Shown: in pieces, positions 20,832 to 30,232 of the stretch
How the letters are laid out: every line of letters begins with the position of its first letter
Numbering within the stretch: position 1 is the first letter of the stretch
Source: Candidatus Heimdallarchaeota archaeon
GTDB taxonomy: Archaea; Asgardarchaeota; Heimdallarchaeia; Heimdallarchaeales; Heimdallarchaeaceae
Reading direction: 5' to 3'
NCBI GenBank assembly: GCA_018238545.1
Contig: JABCTC010000017.1
Span: 1-64,000, forward strand
DNA: 64,000 nt
The notes under the pieces: generated by a model
What the model was told of the DNA's origin: nothing
What the model saw: only the letters and a program-made list of their open reading frames with translations
Databases searched by the model: none
Translations under genes and position numbers: made by a program

Positions 20832-22004
20832 ATGAGTAAGGGATTTAATAATCAAAGATCAAAGAAACGTAAGAAGAGAGTCGGTTTTCCAAGAGGATTA
20901 CTTTATTATTATTTCAAGGATATGTGGGAAACATTTTTTGTAAAATTAGGTGCTGAAGTAGTACTTTCATCTCCTACTAATAAAATAACCAAGGAACGAG
21001 GGGTGTTAGAGACTCTTGATGATGAATGTTACTCAACCAAATTATATCATGGTCATGTCTTAGAACTTGAAGACAAAGAGTTAGATTATTTATTTGTTCC
21101 TCGATTTGCTAGTAGAAAAAAACTGGAAGTTGGTTGCCCAAAATTCGTAGCGCTAGCTGATATCCTAAAATATACAAAGAAAAATCTACCACCAATAATA
21201 GGTCCATATTATAGCACATCCAGAGAAAATCATGGATTCTGGCGACTTACTAAAATAGTATTTGAAATTGGTTTTAAATTCACAAAAAACCCTTTAAGAA
21301 TTATACGTGCAGCTATTCTAGCCTTAAGAGCACATAGAAAGGCACAAGATGAACTAATCATTAGCGAAGAAACGTTAGAGAAATGGGAAAGATCTGAAAT
21401 TTTATTAAATGATCCTCCAATAAATAATGATGGGGAGGATTTGTTGAAAGTAGCATTAGTAGGGCACAATTATGTTTTGAATGATGACTACGCATCGTTA
21501 GGTGTTAGAAAAAAGTTGCAAAAATTAGGTGTAGATCTAATTACTTCTCAACAGATGCCAAAAAATCTGATTAAAAGACAACTATTACGTTTATCAATGA
21601 TAGATTACGGTTTAGAATTTCCAGAACCAGAGAAATTACCATTACAAGAATTAGAAAAACATCTAGTTGGAAGAAACGATTATCTCTATTTTGAATTTGA
21701 ACATGATATAGTTGGAACAGCTATGCATTATCTTGAAAACCAAAAAATTGATGGGATCCTTATGCTTGTGAATTTTATCTGCGGACCAGTTTCAGTTTCA
21801 ATGGAATATGCAAAACATTTCGCAAAGAAAATACAATCTGAAACTCCTTTATCTATATTAACACTTGATGCTCATACCGGTGAAGCAGGATTCCAGACTA
21901 GATTAGAAGCGTTTTGTGATATACTTCGAATGAAGAAAAATAAAGGGTTTGTTCCTGAAGCAGCAGAAAAAGAATCTGATCTACTTCTAAAAAATTGGAG
22001 CTGA
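20832..22004 (+). CDS. Acyl-CoA dehydratase activase-related protein (DUF2229-like)
   Basis: VGFPRGLLYY, DECYSTKLYHGHV, CPKF, FICGP, DAHTGEAGFQTRLEAF. Confidence 0.8.
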   Translation: MSKGFNNQRSKKRKKRVGFPRGLLYYYFKDMWETFFVKLGAEVVLSSPTNKITKERGVLETLDDECYSTKLYHGHVLELEDKELDYLFVPRFASRKKLEVGCPKFVALADILKYTKKNLPPIIGPYYSTSRENHGFWRLTKIVFEIGFKFTKNPLRIIRAAILALRAHRKAQDELIISEETLEKWERSEILLNDPPINNDGEDLLKVALVGHNYVLNDDYASLGVRKKLQKLGVDLITSQQMPKNLIKRQLLRLSMIDYGLEFPEPEKLPLQELEKHLVGRNDYLYFEFEHDIVGTAMHYLENQKIDGILMLVNFICGPVSVSMEYAKHFAKKIQSETPLSILTLDAHTGEAGFQTRLEAFCDILRMKKNKGFVPEAAEKESDLLLKNWS

Positions 22005-23152
22005 AATTTGTGTCTTATATAACCTATCCTCACTTTGGTCCAATGACTCTTCTGTTCAAATCGATTTTCCAAGAAATGGAAGTTCCTGAAGAACGTATTA
22101 TTAATCCTCACACACCTAATAAACACACACTTGATATTGGATCAAAACACTCTCCAGAATGGATGTGTACTCCATTTAAATTGAGTCTAGGTTCCTTGAT
22201 TGAGTGCATAGACAGGGGAGCGAATCATGTTTTTCAGATTGGAGGGATAGGAACTTGTAGAGCTAGCTGTTATGGACCGGTTCAACGGGTGATAACAGAA
22301 GAATTAGGGTACAAAGTTAAGTATACCAATATTGATTATCACAAACCCATGGACATGCTGAGAGATTTACAATCAGTTAGCAATAATTTTAACACATGGC
22401 AAGCTCTTGGAGCTCTTCGTAAAATATGGGTAAAAAACTATTCTCTTGATCTAGTTGAGCATCTGATAAATTTCTATCGTGGAGTGGAACTAGAAAAAGG
22501 GGAGACAGATAGAGTAGCGAAAGAAGTTCATAATAAAATATTTAGTCTTCATAGAGTTAAAGAAATCAAAGAATTCCATAAACTTATACCAAAAATGTTT
22601 GAAGATCAAGTGGAAATAGATGAATATGCAGATCCTCTGAAGATAGGAATTATAGGAGAAATATATGTGGTACTTGAACCAATGCTACATCTGAACCTAT
22701 ATCGAAGATTGAATGATCTGGGAGTAATCTGTCGAAACACTGTCTCTTTAAAGAAATTTACAGATTTGCCAGCAAAAGTGAACCCTTTTGTAAAAGAATA
22801 TTATAAGCTTTATAGAGATAAAGCACGTCCGTACATGCAACAATATGCAGGAGGGGATGGACAAGAAAGCTTAGGAGCAACAATTTTACTTCGGGAAATG
22901 GGTTGGGATGGAATGGTACATGTCTGGCCATTCAGCTGTATGCCGGAATTGAGTGCTCAAAGTATCATTCCAAGTATCAGTGATGACTATGGAATGCCTG
23001 TTTTACCATTGATTGTAGATGAACAAACAGGAGAAGCAGGATTTCAAACAAGACTGGAAGCATTTATCGATATGTTAAAAATCAAACGGGAAAGCGAACG
23101 AAATGGAAAACCTGTAGAGAAAATTAGTTGGAATACTTTCAACTATGATTGA
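21995..23152 (+). CDS. 2-hydroxyacyl-CoA dehydratase / CoA-activase-associated subunit
   Basis: SPEWMCTPFK, GTCRASCY, GEIYV, PFSCMPE, DEQTGEAGFQTRLEAF. Confidence 0.78.
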   Translation: MELKFVSYITYPHFGPMTLLFKSIFQEMEVPEERIINPHTPNKHTLDIGSKHSPEWMCTPFKLSLGSLIECIDRGANHVFQIGGIGTCRASCYGPVQRVITEELGYKVKYTNIDYHKPMDMLRDLQSVSNNFNTWQALGALRKIWVKNYSLDLVEHLINFYRGVELEKGETDRVAKEVHNKIFSLHRVKEIKEFHKLIPKMFEDQVEIDEYADPLKIGIIGEIYVVLEPMLHLNLYRRLNDLGVICRNTVSLKKFTDLPAKVNPFVKEYYKLYRDKARPYMQQYAGGDGQESLGATILLREMGWDGMVHVWPFSCMPELSAQSIIPSISDDYGMPVLPLIVDEQTGEAGFQTRLEAFIDMLKIKRESERNGKPVEKISWNTFNYD

Positions 23153-23165
23153 GCTAAACTCTTTT

Positions 23166-23175
23166 TGCCTTACAT
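23166..23175 (+). repeat. Putative attL core TGCCTTACAT
   Basis: Identical 10-mer at 38698-38707 with further similarity downstream (TTT.CTAT..TACC). Confidence 0.55.
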
Positions 23176-23236
23176 CTTTTCTATCCTACCTTCTTGTAAA
23201 CTATCTTTTCAGATGGGGTTCTATGTAACAAGTGGC

Positions 23237-23269
23237 GTTTAACAACTGTTTAACGGGTGTTTAACACCC
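23237..23269. repeat. Three GTTTAAC repeats at 11-bp period, including the palindrome GGGTGTT-T-AACACCC
   Basis: Copies at 23237, 23248 and 23259; palindrome 23255-23269. Confidence 0.7.
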
Positions 23270-23437
23270 TTCTAATATGAACTCTTTTGAGAACTTCCAC
23301 AATCGGATTTTTACTGCTTTGTGTTACCTTTAATTCAAAGAGATTTAAAATTCAGTTTCTAAGGATCTTCAAACAAAATTACTTAGTTTTAAGATATATT
23401 CATTCTTGTATTTACTACTGTTTTGCAGAAAGATTGC

Positions 23438-24409
23438 CTATTTCTTCTTTTTTTCTTCTTTTTCTTGTTGTTGAATAATAATGGGAGTTACTTGCTTTAT
23501 GTAAGCTTTTCCTTTGTGATTTTCAATGATTTTAATAGCTGTAGTTCCATCAAAAGTATGTGTTGTGGCATGGAATAATGATAAAACTAGATCTTGAAAT
23601 GTTTGATCATCCTCAAGGTGTTCAATTATTAAGCCTAATGCTTCAGCCTGATCTCTATCAATATGACGTCCATGACTTTTGTATGTAGAATGGTCAGCTA
23701 ATTTCTCAGCAATATCTTTTGATATTTCGTCTTTATTTTCGCTATCTTTAAACATGTAATCATTAAGGAAAGTTGCAACTAAATCTTTTGACAAATCTAA
23801 AGCATTTTGACATTGAATCAATAGAGCTGGACCATATTGACCTAGAATTGGCATCCATACTCCCATGTTTTTTGAATCTTCCTTGCATTCTGCTGAAGCT
23901 TTATCAAATTGATCAAGAATAGCTTGAGCAGGTATAGAACTCACTCCTAAAGGGGTCGATAATATTATCTGAGAATCAATAGGACCAAGATAAGAATGCT
24001 TCCCCATTACAATCTTATCTGCTGCACAAGCTAACATTGTAGCAGCAGACATTGCCCCTTGAGGTATGATTGCTCGTATGTAATCATATTTTGTTCTTAG
24101 GTATTTAACAAAACTTTCAGTAACTTCAGCAGATCCACCAGGACTGTGAATAATCAGATCAAGTTCTTTTCCATCTAATCCATGAATAACTTCCATTAAA
24201 CCTTGAATATCGTCTTCTGTAATACTAATTAGTTGTGGTGAAATATTAATACTTGCTTGTGTCCATTTTGTTGCATAGATTATTGTATCCCTTTCAGTAA
24301 ATTCATTAAGCTTGTAGAGATATCGTCGTCGAATCGAATCATAAGGTGTTTTGGAACCCTTATCTTTCTTTTTCTTTAATTCGTTTAATATTCCACTCCA
24401 CGTAGGCAC
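23438..24409 (-). CDS. ClpP-class (SDH/SppA-like) serine protease
   Basis: LDLIIHSPGGS, AMSAATMLACAAD, LGPIDSQ, SHGRHI. Confidence 0.88.
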   Translation of the reverse strand: MPTWSGILNELKKKKDKGSKTPYDSIRRRYLYKLNEFTERDTIIYATKWTQASINISPQLISITEDDIQGLMEVIHGLDGKELDLIIHSPGGSAEVTESFVKYLRTKYDYIRAIIPQGAMSAATMLACAADKIVMGKHSYLGPIDSQIILSTPLGVSSIPAQAILDQFDKASAECKEDSKNMGVWMPILGQYGPALLIQCQNALDLSKDLVATFLNDYMFKDSENKDEISKDIAEKLADHSTYKSHGRHIDRDQAEALGLIIEHLEDDQTFQDLVLSLFHATTHTFDGTTAIKIIENHKGKAYIKQVTPIIIQQQEKEEKKKK

Positions 24410-24424
24410 TTTGTTCCCTCACTG

Positions 24425-24613
24425 TTAATTGATACTAGTACTATCTGATACTGAAACCACACTCTTTGGCTTGGTTTCGTTTAGGTATCGATTGGAAATT
24501 TCAAGTAATTCTATATAATTACCATAAACAATCGTTAGCTCCTCTAATCCTGGTTGTTCTTCTAACTCTTTAATAAATGATTCAATCTCCTTTTTTCTAC
24601 CCTTCTTTCTCAT
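24425..24613 (-). CDS. Small hypothetical protein upstream of the protease
   Basis: 62-aa ORF, co-oriented, ending 15 bp before the protease start. Confidence 0.55.
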   Translation of the reverse strand: MRKKGRKKEIESFIKELEEQPGLEELTIVYGNYIELLEISNRYLNETKPKSVVSVSDSTSIN

Positions 24614-24691
24614 AATTTTAGATTCTTTGTGGAAACTATTAAGTTTTTTGTAAGAATATCTATAGTTCTCGTATTAAATACAAAAGACATA

Positions 24692-24853
24692 TTATTTGCT
24701 ATTTATTTCCTTTTCATACAGAAAGCGTAAAGCTGTTCTAATGATTTCGGATCTATCCATATACTTGCCTGAATCTTCTAATTCCTGCAGCATTATCTTC
24801 AGCTTGGTGGGAAGTCTTACACCTATAATCTGTTTTTCTGCTTCAATCTCCAT
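24692..24853 (-). CDS. Ribbon-helix-helix (CopG-like) protein, 53 aa, missing from the ORF track
   Basis: Manual translation MEIEAEKQIIGVRLPTKLKIMLQELEDSGKYMDRSEIIRTALRFLYEKEINSK*; directly follows the helicase stop. Confidence 0.8.
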   Translation of the reverse strand: MEIEAEKQIIGVRLPTKLKIMLQELEDSGKYMDRSEIIRTALRFLYEKEINSK

Positions 24854-24855
24854 TC

Positions 24856-27057
24856 TTAACCACCCCTTACAAGTTTAAGCTTACTAGCTGTAGGTTGAAA
24901 TAGTATCCCTTCTTGTAGAAGCTTTGAAACAATTTTATCAACTGAATCTTCACTGATTTTCTTATCCTTTATTTTTAGATATTTAGTTAGATCTCTCCGA
25001 TTAAATGGTCCTTTATGGATCTGTTCTAAATCTTTGCAAGCTTCTATAACAGGTTGAATAATTAGCTCTTTCTCGGTCGTTTGCTGTCGTTCAGCCTGTT
25101 GGTGAATATTTGCATCTTCAGCTGATTCAACAGAATTATTTTTTATATGCTTATTTTGTGTTCGGTTGTACGGTATATTCTGTTTTGTTGTTTCAGACAG
25201 TTTAGCTCGAGATTTCTTCATTTTTATACCGAACATTCGGTATTGTTCGGGGTGTACGGTATCAACTAGTTTCTTATCTAAAAAGTGCAACTCTTTTAGA
25301 TGTTCAAGAAAGATTTTTCCTTCCAGGTAATCAGGATTACTCTTTTCAATTGCTGCAAATTTTTCTTGTGATAGATCAGTTAGGTTTATTTCCCATATCT
25401 TTTCTATTCTTGTTAAATCAAGCTCTATAACTGAATCTATTGCTTGTGATGTCAAATAATAAAGATAGGTTCGTTTATCCTCTGAATCTTTCTCGTACGT
25501 TAAATAATTCTTTTTACATAAAGTCTTGAGATATATCCTGATAGTATCCTTTGATTTGGTCTTTATTCTTTTATGCAATCGCTTAATAGTCGTATGATCT
25601 TTTCCGCTTTCTTTAATCTCATTAACTATTTCTTCGTATAACTCTCTGTGCCTTTTATCTACTTCACTTATTGTTTCTATTAAGATCTCTCTGAACAGCT
25701 CTAAAGCTAGAAGAATATCCGCAGGTTCGATAATAATCAATTTCTTTTTCTCTGCTTGAATAATCGGTCTTTCATTAATTATTGCAAAAGCAAAAGAATA
25801 TCTCCTAATTTTTTTCCAATGTCTAATAATGCTTGGATTAGCTGTAGGTAAGTTTAGAACTTTAGGATGAAAGAACGGACAAATCCACCCTTCTATTTTT
25901 CTTCTTTTTTCTATCAGCTCTTGAGACCAAGCTTTAAACGTTTCCAAGTATTCGTAATTATCAGGTTTTCCCCCAATTGCATCATACGAAGCTTCATACT
26001 CTAGAATACTCTCTGTTTTAACTTGTGTTTCTTCAACTGAAACAAATATCCCCCTATTAATGTTCTCAGGATTAATCTCTCCTAAAGTCATAGTAGTCCA
26101 GAAAGAAACTTTAGGAAAAGTTAAAATTCTAGAAACATTTCTCCCAGATCTGTCTTTATCTACTGTAGAATAAGTAAATTCTTTATCTTCTTCATTTGTA
26201 GCTAGACGCATAAACATATCTCGATAATCAGATGATTGTTTAATTGTCTCATGCAGACACCAGATTTCAGCTTCTTTCATTTCTTCCTTATTATCTGCAT
26301 AAAGATACAGTGGTGATTTGTCGCTGAATGAGCTAGCATCAAAAACATAATTATCAGGGTAAAGCTTTAGAACATTATTCATCAAATGACTTTTTCCTGC
26401 ACTCGTATTTCCAGCTATATAGACCATTCCTGCAGAATTACCAAGAATACCTGTAAGATACAAAGCGATCTTATTTTTTGTTTCTCTTATGATTCCAACA
26501 TCTTCACAAGCTTTGTTAATGGCAGCAACAGGATTAGCTTTAATCTCTTTCAGAATCTCTTGATTAATATTAAATTGTAGCTCAGTATATTTTTGGTACT
26601 TTTGTTTTTCCTTTCTTTGTTCAAGATAGAATTCTAGCTCTCCATCAATAAATATGCTAGCTAGCTCTTGGTATAGTTTTGCTATCATATCATAAGCTAC
26701 TGATTCAATAGTTCCTGTCGTTTTGTATTTTCTCTGTCTTATTGCACTCTGCAGGATCTTGGACAAATGATATTTTTTTTCATTTAAGATCTTCTTAGCT
26801 TGAGTTTCACCATTGATGGTATCATTATAGAGTATCTTTGTTTTTTCTCCTGGTTTAGCTTCTTGTACTAAGAAATATAATTGCTCTTTTTCATCTACAT
26901 CTATCAGATAATAGAAAGGACATTCAACTGTATGATCACCTTTTTTATGCATGAAAGGATCTAATTCTTTGTCAAATTGAAAGAACGGATGAATCTCCCC
27001 TATCCTGTTGCTAGTATTTGATGAGATAGTTTCTTTTGTTTTTGTTTTTGTATTCAC
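24856..27057 (-). CDS. MCM-like AAA+ ATPase/helicase with wHTH domains (element replication protein)
   Basis: Walker A GNTSAGKS, atypical Walker B WCLHE, FTYSTVDK, Arg-finger-like ENINRG, then wHTH segments. Confidence 0.7.
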   Translation of the reverse strand: MNTKTKTKETISSNTSNRIGEIHPFFQFDKELDPFMHKKGDHTVECPFYYLIDVDEKEQLYFLVQEAKPGEKTKILYNDTINGETQAKKILNEKKYHLSKILQSAIRQRKYKTTGTIESVAYDMIAKLYQELASIFIDGELEFYLEQRKEKQKYQKYTELQFNINQEILKEIKANPVAAINKACEDVGIIRETKNKIALYLTGILGNSAGMVYIAGNTSAGKSHLMNNVLKLYPDNYVFDASSFSDKSPLYLYADNKEEMKEAEIWCLHETIKQSSDYRDMFMRLATNEEDKEFTYSTVDKDRSGRNVSRILTFPKVSFWTTMTLGEINPENINRGIFVSVEETQVKTESILEYEASYDAIGGKPDNYEYLETFKAWSQELIEKRRKIEGWICPFFHPKVLNLPTANPSIIRHWKKIRRYSFAFAIINERPIIQAEKKKLIIIEPADILLALELFREILIETISEVDKRHRELYEEIVNEIKESGKDHTTIKRLHKRIKTKSKDTIRIYLKTLCKKNYLTYEKDSEDKRTYLYYLTSQAIDSVIELDLTRIEKIWEINLTDLSQEKFAAIEKSNPDYLEGKIFLEHLKELHFLDKKLVDTVHPEQYRMFGIKMKKSRAKLSETTKQNIPYNRTQNKHIKNNSVESAEDANIHQQAERQQTTEKELIIQPVIEACKDLEQIHKGPFNRRDLTKYLKIKDKKISEDSVDKIVSKLLQEGILFQPTASKLKLVRGG

Positions 27058-27407
27058 TCTTTCACCTCATTAACTTCTAGGGGTATACCTCTATTCTTCA
27101 AAGTTTGAACAAAATCTTCAAGTATGATCTTGTTCCCCTCAAAAACCCATGCTTTTTCTAATGCATCCCAATAACATTTGAAAGAAACTATTTGACGTAA
27201 CTTGTCTCTTTCTTCTTTGAATTCAGCTAGTTTGTTGTAATCAAAGACCAGATTAGCTTTAATTTCATCTTTATCCTGCTCTTGATTCTGTGAAGAGGAT
27301 AAAATCTCTTTAAGTATTCTCTCAATTCTTAATAGAGTATGATGTGATCTTTCATTATGATCAACCCTGTCATTATCGTACTTTTCTCTATTGTCTTTAA
27401 GATACAT
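27054..27407 (-). CDS. Hypothetical protein (WD...KAW motif, HARP-like)
   Basis: CYWDALEKAWVF; overlaps the helicase start by 4 bp. Confidence 0.55.
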   Translation of the reverse strand: MYLKDNREKYDNDRVDHNERSHHTLLRIERILKEILSSSQNQEQDKDEIKANLVFDYNKLAEFKEERDKLRQIVSFKCYWDALEKAWVFEGNKIILEDFVQTLKNRGIPLEVNEVKE

Positions 27408-27408
27408 T

Positions 27409-27876
27409 TCATTCCCCCCTTTCGCTTTTCAGATTCTCTAAAGCAGTCTTACTTAAAAAAGGCATAAGATAAGCTAGTCTTTCTTCCTCAGGAACAGTTA
27501 CTAAGCTGTAGATGAATACCCTTCTACTTCTAACGTTCGGGGCAAAGAATTTCTCAGCTCTAAGCAAACCCAAATCAACCAGAGAATCAAGTAAATCTGC
27601 CTTATTATATTGTAGTTTGTATTTGTTTAATGCTATTCTTAATCCCCTGTTATGAAAAATTCTTTCATCTACTATGTACTTGATTCTTTCTAAGTTATTG
27701 GCCTTATTCAAAAATTCCATGATTTCTTTGAGATCAGCTCTTATTCCCCAATTGGATCGGATAATAATCTCGTGGATTCTTTCAGGTCCGTATGCTTGTT
27801 TAAAAAAATCTTCAGCTGATTCATCCCCATTAGTTTTGAAGGCTGTAGATTTATTAAGTTCTTTATTTTTTTTCAT
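27409..27876 (-). CDS. Hypothetical protein, possibly winged-helix
   Basis: LLDSLVDLGLLRAE...RRVFIYSL wing-like motif; in an operon with the helicase. Confidence 0.55.
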   Translation of the reverse strand: MKKNKELNKSTAFKTNGDESAEDFFKQAYGPERIHEIIIRSNWGIRADLKEIMEFLNKANNLERIKYIVDERIFHNRGLRIALNKYKLQYNKADLLDSLVDLGLLRAEKFFAPNVRSRRVFIYSLVTVPEEERLAYLMPFLSKTALENLKSERGE

Positions 27877-28015
27877 TTCTATTTAATACCTCTATTTTCA
27901 CTTTTCAGAGAAGCAGAAAGCTAGGCTAAACATTTAAGAGCAAAAAAAAGATTGTATTAACAAGAGAGGATGAAAATTCTTACTGGGAAGTGGGATTTTT
28001 CTCTCTCTTACTTTG

Positions 28016-28174
28016 TTAATTCTCTTTTTCTGGATCTTGTTGATTAGCTAGATATTGCTTAACTGCTTGATCTATTACTGTTTTCGCACTTCTGAAGTTT
28101 TTATGCTTCTTAAATGCAAATTCTTGAAGCTGATGATACAGCTTTTTATCTATTCTTGCTAATGTACTAGACAT
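28016..28174 (-). CDS. Ribbon-helix-helix protein
   Basis: STLARIDKKLYHQLQEFA...AKTVIDQAVKQYL. Confidence 0.7.
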   Translation of the reverse strand: MSSTLARIDKKLYHQLQEFAFKKHKNFRSAKTVIDQAVKQYLANQQDPEKEN

Positions 28175-28224
28175 AGTAATCATTAATAAGTTTGTAAACA
28201 AGTAAATATAAAGATTGTCGTCAC

Positions 28225-28283
28225 TTTGTTTGACAAAAAAACTTATAACTTGTTAGCGAGTATACTAAATTGTGTCAAACAAA
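28225..28283. promoter_or_regulatory. Inverted-repeat operator in a divergent promoter region
   Basis: TTTGTTTGACA (28225-28235) and TGTCAAACAAA (28273-28283) between and overlapping two divergent RHH genes. Confidence 0.55.
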
Positions 28284-28946
28284 ACAGACAAGCTCTTGCA
28301 GAGAGTAGCTTTTAGACTACCTAATGAAAAATATGAGAAAATTAATTCGGTTTTAGAAGATGGAAAGTATAATAGTCAATCTAATTTCTTAAGGAGTGCT
28401 GTGGACCTATTATTGTTCTGGGAAAAAAAAATCAAAAGAAATGATGTAACAGACTCTAAATTACGAGAGAGTATCGGTGTTCGTATTGCTGAAGTTGGTC
28501 AAGAACATGACAGACTTCTAGAACTCAGAGAAGAATTACGTAAACAGGCCGAAGAAGATCTGAAAACTCTTAAAGAACTGAAAAAAGAGACTGAAGAAAG
28601 AAAAGAAGCGGGAAAATACTTTAAAACGTATTTGCCATTAGTGAACGAACATGAAAAAAGAATTAGGAGAGAGGGTCTGGAAATAGTTGCATTCTTTATG
28701 CAATTGATAAAGAACTTATATTCACAGTTTGAAGATGAAGATTCACCACTTAAAATTAAGGCATGGGAATTACAAACCCTGACTGAAGCTAAACGAATTT
28801 TAGAAAATGTTTCAACTGAAGAAAACAAGAAGACCCCAAAAAGCAATCTTAAAAGAAATAAAGCTTCAAAAGGTTTAACTGCAAAAGATTTCTTTAATAC
28901 CGTAGATTCATCTCAGTTCAAAAAGAAAGAAAAAAAAAGTAACTAA
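28272..28946 (+). CDS. RHH domain plus coiled-coil regulator
   Basis: RVAFRLPNEKYEKINSVLEDGKYNSQSNFLRSAVD followed by a heptad-rich region. Confidence 0.72.
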   Translation: MSNKTDKLLQRVAFRLPNEKYEKINSVLEDGKYNSQSNFLRSAVDLLLFWEKKIKRNDVTDSKLRESIGVRIAEVGQEHDRLLELREELRKQAEEDLKTLKELKKETEERKEAGKYFKTYLPLVNEHEKRIRREGLEIVAFFMQLIKNLYSQFEDEDSPLKIKAWELQTLTEAKRILENVSTEENKKTPKSNLKRNKASKGLTAKDFFNTVDSSQFKKKEKKSN

Positions 28947-29692
28947 CCATAGAAACTCTCTTCATCATTTGGTTTAATGTCTCCCTCTCTTATTACAGGT
29001 TCAACTTTGTAGATCACTTTTCCTTTCCAAGTATATTCCCCTGTAGTGTAAATAGGGTTCTTTCTCATATAAGCTAAAGTGCTGCGTGGAATACTGAATT
29101 TGTTGCATATTGTACTCATGGTTACATTATCTTCAAACATCTGGAAGATTTGGATGATTCTAGGTCTAAGCGATTCATCCACTACCAGCTTATCATTTTC
29201 TATCTTGTAACCGAAAGGAGCTCTAGATAAAACCTTTTTTTCGTTTATCCTTCTTTTAATCCCATAGACTCTTTTCTGTCTGTATTTCTTCAGTTCCTCT
29301 TCTCCAAGCATGTCATAGATTCGAGTAACAAGCATTTCATCAGGTTCTTCAGTAGCTCTAATTTCTACACCTAAATCCCTTAAACGAACAACTGCATAAC
29401 CTAGCATATCAACTTCTCTAGACACTCTATCTCTTGTTTGTACCCACAGCTCTTTGATGGGATCGTTAGGTTTCTGCAGGTTGAATTCTCCAATGTACTT
29501 AATTAGCTCTTTGAAAGCTGGTCTTTCGTGTATGTGGCTATCCCCTGAAACTTCTTCATCTGTGAACGTTTGTAATATGTGTCTATATCCTAGTGCTTGA
29601 ATCTTTTGAGTGATAACATCTAGCTGAGTATCTTTTCCGCTTTCTTGATCTGAAGTAGAAACACGAATGTAAATAATGGCATTGATATGCAT
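28943..29692 (-). CDS. Serine recombinase (resolvase catalytic domain plus short recombinase domain)
   Basis: YIRVSTSDQ catalytic Ser, DEEVSG, RPAF, DRVSR, APFGY, NPIYTG. Confidence 0.92.
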   Translation of the reverse strand: MHINAIIYIRVSTSDQESGKDTQLDVITQKIQALGYRHILQTFTDEEVSGDSHIHERPAFKELIKYIGEFNLQKPNDPIKELWVQTRDRVSREVDMLGYAVVRLRDLGVEIRATEEPDEMLVTRIYDMLGEEELKKYRQKRVYGIKRRINEKKVLSRAPFGYKIENDKLVVDESLRPRIIQIFQMFEDNVTMSTICNKFSIPRSTLAYMRKNPIYTTGEYTWKGKVIYKVEPVIREGDIKPNDEESFYG

Positions 29693-29712
29693 AGTTATAA
29701 CATTCTCCTGAT

Positions 29713-30048
29713 TCAGTATTCTACTTCCTGAGCTAACTTATACAAATCTTTGGAAAAGGTTGTATGTCCTAGATAACACTCAATATCCGCTGCAAAAGAA
29801 TCTAATACAAGTTTTTTAGTAGATTGCTCTAATGACAGATTATTAAATGCTGCTAATATCTTCATTGTTTCAACAAGTAACTCAGGGATTTCTAACTCAA
29901 TATTGAGTGTTACATTAGATAGTTTCTTTATGTCTTTAAGATGTTTTAATTGACCTAGACGATTTCTATACTCTTCCAAATTTACAAAATCAGGTATATC
30001 TTTTTCTTCAATTGTTTTACTCTGTTTATCCGTATCCATTTCATTCAC
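29713..30048 (-). CDS. Hypothetical protein, RHH-like
   Basis: VTLNIELEIPELLVETMKILAAFNNLSLEQ; in an operon with the recombinase. Confidence 0.5.
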   Translation of the reverse strand: MNEMDTDKQSKTIEEKDIPDFVNLEEYRNRLGQLKHLKDIKKLSNVTLNIELEIPELLVETMKILAAFNNLSLEQSTKKLVLDSFAADIECYLGHTTFSKDLYKLAQEVEY

Positions 30049-30232
30049 CTATTTCCCTTACTTCATAAGAAAGATCCATTAACGCAATATTTCTAGCTAT
30101 TTCTATTAATTTTTCAGGCTCATGCTCTGTGTTGCTCTCATCATGGACCACGACTAATCGCACTCCATACGATTTGAGGATCTCATTTAGTTTCGGTTCT
30201 GTAGTTCCTGGTATTAGTTCTCGTTCAGTCAT
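30041..30232 (-). CDS. Small hypothetical protein
   Basis: MTERELIPG...; overlaps both neighbours, suggesting translational coupling. Confidence 0.5.
   Translation of the reverse strand: MTERELIPGTTEPKLNEILKSYGVRLVVVHDESNTEHEPEKLIEIARNIALMDLSYEVREIGE

Noticed and set aside
23153-23430. tRNA gene as the integration target
   Set aside because: No cloverleaf or T-loop motif was seen at either end, and no tRNA or rRNA gene was recognised in the window.
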